This document shows positions 57,283 to 64,000 of a stretch of DNA of 64,000 bases, in pieces. The stretch is from a virus. Both the position numbers and the translations under genes were made by a program. The notes under the pieces were generated by a model. That model had not been told where the DNA came from, did no database searches, and saw only the letters and a list, made by a program, of their open reading frames with translations. The DNA lies in IMG/VR virus record IMGVR_UViG_3300033545_000002, positions 464-64,463 of that record; one strand, written 5' to 3'. Each line of letters begins with the position of its first letter. Within the stretch, counting starts at the first letter, position 1.

Positions 57283-57334
57283 GTGGAACATCCGTGGAAC
57301 CAAATATACGAAATCGTGGAACTTTTCGTGAAAC
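57283..57334 (-). promoter_or_regulatory. Promoter (TATATTTG, 57301-08) flanked by four GTT(C/T)CAC direct repeats
   Basis: GTGGAAC on + at 57283, 57294, 57316 and GTGAAAC at 57328. Confidence 0.55.
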
Positions 57335-57356
57335 ACCAAAACAGACAGAATAAAAT

Positions 57357-58151
57357 TCAGCAATTAACGGCATACTTCGAAATAATGTCGTTCGCCATAG
57401 CTATCCCCAATGCTGTAATTCTGAGTTTAACGCCCTTGCTTCGCCCGATCTTATCCACCAATCCTTTCCTTTGCAGGCTGCCGAAGGCTAGTCTTATTTG
57501 AGTGCCGCTGGCGTTGTAAGCGTACTTGTAAACCTCTTTATATATCTGACTGCTAACCATTTCCCGGCCGTGGTAGAGGAAAATAAGGACTAGGAATTCG
57601 GGCATTCCGATGCCTATGCTCATTACCCACTTCTTCTTTTGGGATTCGTAAAAGGATAAAAATCGGCAGATATACTCCATTTGCGTCTTATATTCGCCAA
57701 TCTTTGTATTTTTTTGATTTTTATTCTGAATTAAAAAGTTGTATGCTGGGCTAACTGATAAGGAATTCATCCTCCCATACGTATCCATCAATTCTTTTCC
57801 CGCCAAACAGAAATCTCCGTGCGAAATTAGCTTTCCAGCTTCCTCAACGGTATTCCCTCCTTTCTTTAAAGACGCCTTCCAAGCCAGAAACTCGCCCTCA
57901 GTCATGCCCTCCTTCTCGTCCTCTACCATCAAAATCCAGCGTTTATTTAACGCTTTTAGCAGCACATACATCTTCCCAGCTAAACCAAGTTTGTTAGAAG
58001 ATTTGGCATCATACACGGCCCCGCGCCGGAACATTTTAAACATTAATTCTTTGGGCAACTGGCTCTTTTCCAAAGGCCCCATGTTCTCGGCCAACTTAGC
58101 GAACAAGAGGTCGAAATTGTCGTTTTCGATATCGAATCTAAGTTTCGGCAC
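57357..58151 (-). CDS. Protein with a C-terminal MarR-like winged helix
   Basis: EFLVLIFL...IRLAFGSLQRKGLVDK...LRITALG. Confidence 0.65.
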   Translation of the reverse strand: MPKLRFDIENDNFDLLFAKLAENMGPLEKSQLPKELMFKMFRRGAVYDAKSSNKLGLAGKMYVLLKALNKRWILMVEDEKEGMTEGEFLAWKASLKKGGNTVEEAGKLISHGDFCLAGKELMDTYGRMNSLSVSPAYNFLIQNKNQKNTKIGEYKTQMEYICRFLSFYESQKKKWVMSIGIGMPEFLVLIFLYHGREMVSSQIYKEVYKYAYNASGTQIRLAFGSLQRKGLVDKIGRSKGVKLRITALGIAMANDIISKYAVNC

Positions 58152-58765
58152 TATATGTTGTGGGTATACATTTTAAAGGACTGAGCTTGGTAAGCAGACC
58201 AATCTATGTCTCGTTTTTCGATGCTCGAATATCCTGGGCGCTGGTTACTCAACATTGGCAGAGTGCAAAAACTCTTATTTAACGGCTGAATGAACCGCAT
58301 GAGCAGAATATCGTAAGCCAGGGTGGGATTCTTTTCAATAAGGGGTACGATGAGTTTCATAGCCTCCGAGCTGTAAACTATAGCGTTAGTGGAGTACGAT
58401 GAACGGATACGTAGAATATTTTGTGATACTCTTTCAGGACGCGACAATAAATTACAGGATAAGAAAAGACAGTGGTAGTCTTTCGGAACTTGTGGCCATA
58501 TTTCGTCCATTGCTGGCCAGAATGGTACAAGGAAATGATTGTCATCCTCTAAGACCAAAACATTTTTTTCTTTCTTCGCTACGGTACAAGTAAACAGTCG
58601 GTGCATTGTCAGAAGCAACCCAACTACTCCGTTTTCGTGTTCTGTCGCTTCCCATCTCGCAGACTGAATATCATGCTCCTGAAGCTCAGGCCAAATTACC
58701 TCAGTACGCTTCGCCCCAACTTCATTAGGTAGAGAGATTACAAATATTTTGTCGAAGTACTTCAT
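58151..58765 (-). CDS. Glycosyltransferase family 25
   Basis: FDKIFVISL, VLVLEDD, STNAIVYS. Confidence 0.8.
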   Translation of the reverse strand: MKYFDKIFVISLPNEVGAKRTEVIWPELQEHDIQSARWEATEHENGVVGLLLTMHRLFTCTVAKKEKNVLVLEDDNHFLVPFWPAMDEIWPQVPKDYHCLFLSCNLLSRPERVSQNILRIRSSYSTNAIVYSSEAMKLIVPLIEKNPTLAYDILLMRFIQPLNKSFCTLPMLSNQRPGYSSIEKRDIDWSAYQAQSFKMYTHNI

Positions 58766-59385
58766 TTTTTGACCAAAAGGGCATCACCCCAATTAGTATT
58801 ACCGGCCCACATGGTTTCTACCCTCACAAGATCAAATTTAGCCAAAAATTCGTCAAGTTCTTCAATGAGAGGACAACCGACATACAGGTGCGCCTTATTG
58901 ACCTCCAAATAAACCCATTTGAATTGGTTAAGCAACCCGCCCATCCCTCTCAGGGCAAACAATTCCGCCCCCTGTATATCAATGTTCAGGAAATCAAAAT
59001 CATTCAACTCGCCGTTCGGAAATAAGGAATCTATCCTCCATATTTTACAAGGAATGTCCCTTGTATAGAAAACGTCCGGGTGAACGACCTTGTGGGTTCC
59101 TAGCTCAAGTATTGAACTTGACTGCCCGGCGTTGTTCGATTCATGTAGCACAACATCCCCGTTTATATCGCCTATGCAAACATTGTATGCCGTGGCCTCT
59201 GGATTAGATGAAATGTTACTGACCAATTTTTTATAGATGTCGGGGTTCGGCTCTATCCAAATCTGTTTTTTTACTCCAAGTTCCATATACACGGGAAATT
59301 CCTCCCCAATATTTCCGCCAATATGAAGCACTCCTTTCGGATGAATCTTGTATTTCGGCCAAAGACCTCTGAAATCTATAAGCAT
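58762..59385 (-). CDS. FkbM-family methyltransferase
   Basis: VLHIGGNIGEE, IEPNP, FLNIDIQGAEL. Confidence 0.9.
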   Translation of the reverse strand: MLIDFRGLWPKYKIHPKGVLHIGGNIGEEFPVYMELGVKKQIWIEPNPDIYKKLVSNISSNPEATAYNVCIGDINGDVVLHESNNAGQSSSILELGTHKVVHPDVFYTRDIPCKIWRIDSLFPNGELNDFDFLNIDIQGAELFALRGMGGLLNQFKWVYLEVNKAHLYVGCPLIEELDEFLAKFDLVRVETMWAGNTNWGDALLVKK

Positions 59386-59388
59386 TTG

Positions 59389-59931
59389 TTACGGTTTACG
59401 TACCCAAAAAGAAGCCATTGCCGGTTCTTCATCAGGCACTATATTTATTTCAAGACCTTTCTCTTTGAAAAAATCGTTCACCGCCTTGTTTACCCCATAA
59501 GATAAGTTCAAATAGTCATGCCCGCTGATAATGCCACCTGAAACGACTTTGGGGAAAGATAATACCAGATCGTTCATCACATTGTAGTAGTCGTGCGCCG
59601 CGTCGATGTAAATAAGGCCAAATGTATTGTCAGGCAATAGTGGAATTTTGTCTTTCGTAAGTCCCCTCAATTCAAAAACTTTATAATCCCACGGCTTAAT
59701 TCGCTGCATTGCTTCGTAGTGATTATTGTCATGCCATGATTGGTTAAACCCTCCGTCGCCAGCTTGACCAGGAATACAAGCCCAGTTGTCGATCATATAG
59801 AACACGTCCACATTCCATCCGCATATCTGCTGGCTGAATCTTCCTTCGGCGCAACCTAATTCGGCCACAATTCTAGGAAGTTTAAACTCATCCAGCAATT
59901 TACCAAGCTCCGATCTGAAATTTATTTGCAT
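59389..59931 (-). CDS. Class I SAM methyltransferase (Methyltransf_24-like)
   Basis: AELGCAEG, IYIDAAHDY, GGIISGHDY. Confidence 0.88.
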   Translation of the reverse strand: MQINFRSELGKLLDEFKLPRIVAELGCAEGRFSQQICGWNVDVFYMIDNWACIPGQAGDGGFNQSWHDNNHYEAMQRIKPWDYKVFELRGLTKDKIPLLPDNTFGLIYIDAAHDYYNVMNDLVLSFPKVVSGGIISGHDYLNLSYGVNKAVNDFFKEKGLEINIVPDEEPAMASFWVRKP

Positions 59932-60707
59932 TCTACAAAGTTAAATGTTGCCGGATCAAAATCTGTTATCTTATCCTGCCACCAATATCTTGAATTTTCA
60001 ATACTTCCATTCAGCTTACTAAACCCAGAGAAGCGAGTAATCCCGGTCCCGATGTCAGATAAATTATCAATCTGTTTCACTGCCCCCGGCAAAAGGCAGT
60101 ACGTCTTTAACATGGGTTGCATTCGGATCATGCTGTAGTCGATCCCTATTGAAGTCGGGATTTGGCTTTCTAAGGTGCCTAAGACCTGTTCAATGCTATT
60201 CTTGTTCACTATATAGGCATACGTGCAGAAGCAAGCCAAAGTTCTTAATATGCGAGGGTCATCTGTACGGTCTGCATCCCTGCCCAAATCAATACCGGGC
60301 AAAAGCGGATTGTGTCCTGTGTACCAATGCGGCGGTCCGATATGCACGGTAGCTCCAAGCCAAATTATATCCCAATTCTTCCCGTCAAGATATTTTTCAA
60401 AGTACTCGATCCTTTCGTGGAAGTCTGAACAAATGTCCAAATCATCCTCCATCACGAATGCATGTTTATTAACAGACAACGCCTTTTGCATTACTCCCAT
60501 TTGACTAGCATAGCATCCGCAAGCGCCAGGAGTGCGCCTTAGCATGGTCCCCCATTTATTATGATCCCATTGATGATCTCGCGTCCTTATCGCATCAAAT
60601 CGCTCTGCTTTGATCCCTACGCGCTCCAATTCTTTCTCCATTCGCTCCCGCCTGTCTGTTCGGTGCGCTAAATTTACATAGGCTATATAGCAGTCGTCTA
60701 AAAGCAT
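59922..60707 (-). CDS. Glycosyltransferase family 25
   Basis: YVNLAHRTDRR, RFDAI, GACGCYASQ, FVMEDD. Confidence 0.85.
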   Translation of the reverse strand: MLLDDCYIAYVNLAHRTDRRERMEKELERVGIKAERFDAIRTRDHQWDHNKWGTMLRRTPGACGCYASQMGVMQKALSVNKHAFVMEDDLDICSDFHERIEYFEKYLDGKNWDIIWLGATVHIGPPHWYTGHNPLLPGIDLGRDADRTDDPRILRTLACFCTYAYIVNKNSIEQVLGTLESQIPTSIGIDYSMIRMQPMLKTYCLLPGAVKQIDNLSDIGTGITRFSGFSKLNGSIENSRYWWQDKITDFDPATFNFVECK

Positions 60708-61267
60708 GGTACATTGTCGTTTTTAACAACAGACCAGACCCCATGCCCGTCCCTTGTGGAAGCGATATAAAGCCGGTCGGCTGGAATTATTTCTCTTACG
60801 GCCCTGCCAACTTCCGGATTTTCGGTGGACAGTACATCATGTCCCGAAAGTATCCCATCATGGAGTAGCTTTCTGTTCCAAAGAAAAATTTCGGCGCGGG
60901 TCTGATTATATTTATGAGAACTGTCGATAAAAATATGGTGGAAATAGCCGTCTGGGAATTTCGTGGACGCGTCAAGCGAACTCATTTCCAAAAACTCAAT
61001 CTTATTCCCCAATCCGCTATTCACTAAGTTACTGATTATTTCGTTCCGCTGGCTTGCTCCTCCGTAGTCGCAATTATCAACGGCAATGAATCTTTCGATC
61101 TCTTTGCCAGCGTTCAGTATGGCTTCTGCCAAAAATATGCAACTCTTACCCGTTCCCAATCCCACTTCCACCACCCTTGCAGGTGACGGTATCCGTTCTG
61201 CAACGCTCAGGTAATACGATTCGTAATCAAACATACTTCCGCCTATTTGTGCCGAGTAATTCCGCAT
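60698..61267 (-). CDS. Class I SAM methyltransferase (Methyltransf_24-like)
   Basis: VEVGLGTGKS, IFIDSSHKY, GILSGHD. Confidence 0.88.
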   Translation of the reverse strand: MRNYSAQIGGSMFDYESYYLSVAERIPSPARVVEVGLGTGKSCIFLAEAILNAGKEIERFIAVDNCDYGGASQRNEIISNLVNSGLGNKIEFLEMSSLDASTKFPDGYFHHIFIDSSHKYNQTRAEIFLWNRKLLHDGILSGHDVLSTENPEVGRAVREIIPADRLYIASTRDGHGVWSVVKNDNVPCF

Positions 61268-61279
61268 AGTTAAATACTT

Positions 61280-61588
61280 TTAATTCATCCCCGTCGATGG
61301 CCTTAATCTTGATTGAAGTTGCTCTATAGATTCGGCCATGTCTTTTTTATATCTAGGTTCGCAGTTTTCAGCGTATTCCTGTTGACCCGCGTACGTCTCA
61401 ATAAGAAATCTGTTCATTACTCCCATCTGCATTTCAATTGGGATGTCTTCGAATTGCACTCCGTCCCTAAATAGATTTCGCCATACTTCTTTCTTTTGAT
61501 AGCCGATTATCCATTTTTTGAAAACATCTATAGCGTAAGGGCATTTTTCCTCCATTTCTTCAAAAAACGCTTTATCCAGTCTTCCCAT
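61280..61588 (-). CDS. Hypothetical protein
   Basis: Likely start MGRLDK at 61588, 102 aa. Confidence 0.55.
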   Translation of the reverse strand: MGRLDKAFFEEMEEKCPYAIDVFKKWIIGYQKKEVWRNLFRDGVQFEDIPIEMQMGVMNRFLIETYAGQQEYAENCEPRYKKDMAESIEQLQSRLRPSTGMN

Positions 61589-61590
61589 TG

Positions 61591-62745
61591 TCAAATATTT
61601 TGCTCCCACCTGAATTGAAGTGTTTTTTCGGCTCCGCATCCGCAGTCGGACCAAAAACCTTTTAGTCTCTTGCAATCACATTCCTTTACCCCTTCGAATT
61701 CATCTCCCGGTTGACCAGGTATCACTCCGTTGATAACATGCGCTCCCGCTTTTAAACAGGCGTCTGCGTAATAGACCTCCACATCTTGCGATTTGATATT
61801 TTGGACAACACCCATCATTTCTTTTATCCTTGCTGTCCATGTGTGGTTTGCTAAAACGTATTGCCTACCCGCTTCGCCGATTCTCTTTGCAGATTCTGGC
61901 CTGGCTAAATAATATTCAATCTTTTCCTTTAGGAAATGGAAGTCGGGCCACCAATCCAGCACGTCTACATCAAACAACTTTTCTACCCCTTTAAAATGCT
62001 TTGTCAGGCAAAGTACTCCGCACATCATAGCCCTCCAAATTCTATCCGACTGGTAAAGAGTATGATTGAAATTATTGTGACAAACGACGATAGCGGCAGA
62101 TTGATAAATCTCTACTTCCTCTTTTTGACCGATCATTTTACTACCATCCCAATTGTTGCCGTATACTTTGAAATCGTCCGGGAACTCTTTCTGCAAAAAC
62201 TCTACCATTTCAACCCGCTCTTTTGATAACGGGAATTGATGGTTTGTGTTCATAAAATTGTTTCCGATGAACACAACGCCTTTTCGCTCCTTAGTTTCGT
62301 CCGGCTTGTAGATGTCAGGGTCCGCACTGCTCTGTAAACACATGACGTTATTGTACCCACGCCTATTGCATTCGTCTACGTCCTCCTGATTTGAAAAACA
62401 CATTAAACCGATATGAGGAACGAGATTGTACATCCATTGTGTTTTCTCGTTGATACGAATATCGAAAGTAAAGTTGACAGTGAAAGCTATTTTTGAAAGA
62501 GCCTGCCATGTTTCTAAGTCTATGATGTCGCTCGATTGTATTTGGGCAAAGATCAGGTCCGGCTTCATCTTCTCGGCCTCATGGATCATCGCACGTTGCA
62601 TCAAGTCTTTGCCTATCTGGTATCTTTCCAGTTGAAAATCGAAACACTTGTAATCCACAAATCCTGCCTGCATAAATCCGTCCATGATACCCTTGTTGGA
62701 ATATCCGTTCGGAGCAATCAACGCGATATGGAAAACTTTGGTCAT
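61591..62745 (-). CDS. GT-B glycosyltransferase (CgeB / Glyco_trans_1_2-like)
   Basis: SADPDIYKP, VVFIGN, SDRIWRAMMCG, NHTWTARI; ATGA overlap at 62745. Confidence 0.8.
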   Translation of the reverse strand: MTKVFHIALIAPNGYSNKGIMDGFMQAGFVDYKCFDFQLERYQIGKDLMQRAMIHEAEKMKPDLIFAQIQSSDIIDLETWQALSKIAFTVNFTFDIRINEKTQWMYNLVPHIGLMCFSNQEDVDECNRRGYNNVMCLQSSADPDIYKPDETKERKGVVFIGNNFMNTNHQFPLSKERVEMVEFLQKEFPDDFKVYGNNWDGSKMIGQKEEVEIYQSAAIVVCHNNFNHTLYQSDRIWRAMMCGVLCLTKHFKGVEKLFDVDVLDWWPDFHFLKEKIEYYLARPESAKRIGEAGRQYVLANHTWTARIKEMMGVVQNIKSQDVEVYYADACLKAGAHVINGVIPGQPGDEFEGVKECDCKRLKGFWSDCGCGAEKTLQFRWEQNI

Positions 62746-63506
62746 AACTTTATCCATTCTGGTAAAAGAATATCTTTTGTATCAACGTCCCGATTGTATT
62801 CGTCTTTCCAAAAATCTTGGAACCATTTTTTTTGAGTAATGACCAACTTATCCGGATTCCTGTTCAAATACGCTCCCCACCAAGAAAAGGTGCTACTGCT
62901 AGAAATATTACAGGCGCAACAACTAATCTCAATCAAATCTTCCTCTATACTTTTATTTTCGCTGTATTCGAAATCATAAATATGACCGAACGTCGCCTTG
63001 AAGTATGGAATGTCGTCCGAATAAACACGAAACCGTTTAATGCCCTTTGTTTCCCTTACTAGATCGATAGATGCTCTTATGTATGGCTCGTCGATCAAAA
63101 TATGTTTTCCAGGTATCGTCCTGAAGTCACCAAACCTCCCGTGCAAACTACAAACATCTTCAATACATTTCCAAGGATAGTTAAACAGTTCTATAATCTT
63201 ATCTCTGTACTCATCAAAGAAAAGAGGACTTTGCCAGTAACCGCGAAGGACAACCTGCAAGCCATCCCATTCTTTCTTGTACTCAATCGGCGCATGATGG
63301 AAGTGCTGCTCTACTATTTCAATGTCTTGCCTTCCTTGAACCCAGTTAGGATTTACTAAGTGTTGCAGGTAAATTGGACAATGGTATTGATCATGCGTCC
63401 GATTTGGTACGGTAAACTCTACTCCATTTTTTAATGACAGCCCTGCCGCTGTAGCAGTCTGAAATAAAAAATTCCCCATTCGACCACCGTGGATAAACCC
63501 GATCAT
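62742..63506 (-). CDS. Alpha-1,2-fucosyltransferase-like (GT11)
   Basis: GRMGNFLFQ, GYWQS, HGRFGDF, VYSDD, STFSWWGAYL. Confidence 0.9.
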   Translation of the reverse strand: MIGFIHGGRMGNFLFQTATAAGLSLKNGVEFTVPNRTHDQYHCPIYLQHLVNPNWVQGRQDIEIVEQHFHHAPIEYKKEWDGLQVVLRGYWQSPLFFDEYRDKIIELFNYPWKCIEDVCSLHGRFGDFRTIPGKHILIDEPYIRASIDLVRETKGIKRFRVYSDDIPYFKATFGHIYDFEYSENKSIEEDLIEISCCACNISSSSTFSWWGAYLNRNPDKLVITQKKWFQDFWKDEYNRDVDTKDILLPEWIKL

Positions 63507-64000
63507 TTAGTAAATCTTTTATAATACTCCCCTTCAACAAACTTTGTTTTGCGCGTTATACTCTCCCCTCCTGCCTCTGGATTATACTTTGAGATCGGCA
63601 ACACGCGAAAATCCATAGATACGCGAGTTTTCCCGGTCTTATTAGACCTGTTTCCATGTCGGAGAACATTTCCGTCGAATTGAATAAGTCGCCCTATTTG
63701 GAGCGGTATTGGCTCAAAATCGTTCTTCCCCGGTTCGGATTCTACCCACGGGCATGCGGTATCTTTTGAATCTGTGAGCGGAATGATAAAGTTTAGTTCC
63801 CCGGCAGGGTGATGAAATTCTGCATCCGTATGGAAGTCCCCGACCGCTACGTTACCTGGAAGATGCACTCTGAAAGTCGGAAATTTTTGATAAAGGAAGT
63901 CCTCATCGAATAACGGTGCAACAACTTCCGAAACAAACCATTCGTACATCAATTCAAAATCAGGCCAACCACCTTTATACCGTTCGTAAAAACGCTCATG
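63503..64000 (-). CDS. 2OG-Fe(II) dioxygenase-like protein (StrG-like), 5' end outside the window
   Basis: FHTD...HGN...RVSMDFR facial-triad pattern; frame stays open to base 64000. Confidence 0.75.
   Translation of the reverse strand, partial: HERFYERYKGGWPDFELMYEWFVSEVVAPLFDEDFLYQKFPTFRVHLPGNVAVGDFHTDAEFHHPAGELNFIIPLTDSKDTACPWVESEPGKNDFEPIPLQIGRLIQFDGNVLRHGNRSNKTGKTRVSMDFRVLPISKYNPEAGGESITRKTKFVEGEYYKRFTK

Noticed and set aside
57283-57334. parS centromere
   Set aside because: Only direct half-sites, no 16-bp palindrome, and no parA/parB in the window.
1-64000. Stop-codon reassignment as in some crAss-like phages; diversity-generating retroelement
   Set aside because: Long genes are intact under the standard code with TAA, TAG and TGA all used as stops; no reverse transcriptase or TR/VR pair was seen.

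Overview
The window is part of a tailed dsDNA phage genome of a Bacteroidota host. Gene content and order are crAss-like/podovirus-like, the genetic code is standard, and no replication genes fall inside the window. Bases 1-4.8 kb (+) and 4.9-7.7 kb (-) are small early/accessory genes. From 64 kb down to 7.8 kb the minus strand carries an almost continuous late region: glycan-modification cluster (GT11, two GT25, a CgeB-like GT, three methyltransferases, a 2OG-Fe(II) oxygenase), wHTH protein, terminase large subunit, two GroES-like genes, portal, scaffold, major capsid protein, neck/tail proteins, three ejection proteins (largest 2508 aa), an aspartate racemase / peptidase S51 / PurD-like ATP-grasp module, fibre-like proteins and a lysis cassette. 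Three things stand out. (1) Fibre/adhesin-like proteins carry Sec signal peptides with Gln at +1 and are enriched in the Bacteroidota O-glycosylation sequon, suggesting exported, glycosylated phage proteins. (2) An IS605-type element with intact TnpA and ends has an HNH nuclease fused to the last ~40 aa of TnpB in place of tnpB, and is inserted silently at a stop codon. (3) A D-amino-acid peptide ligase/racemase/peptidase module sits among the virion genes. All family assignments come from motif recognition by eye, counts are by hand, and no database searches were run.
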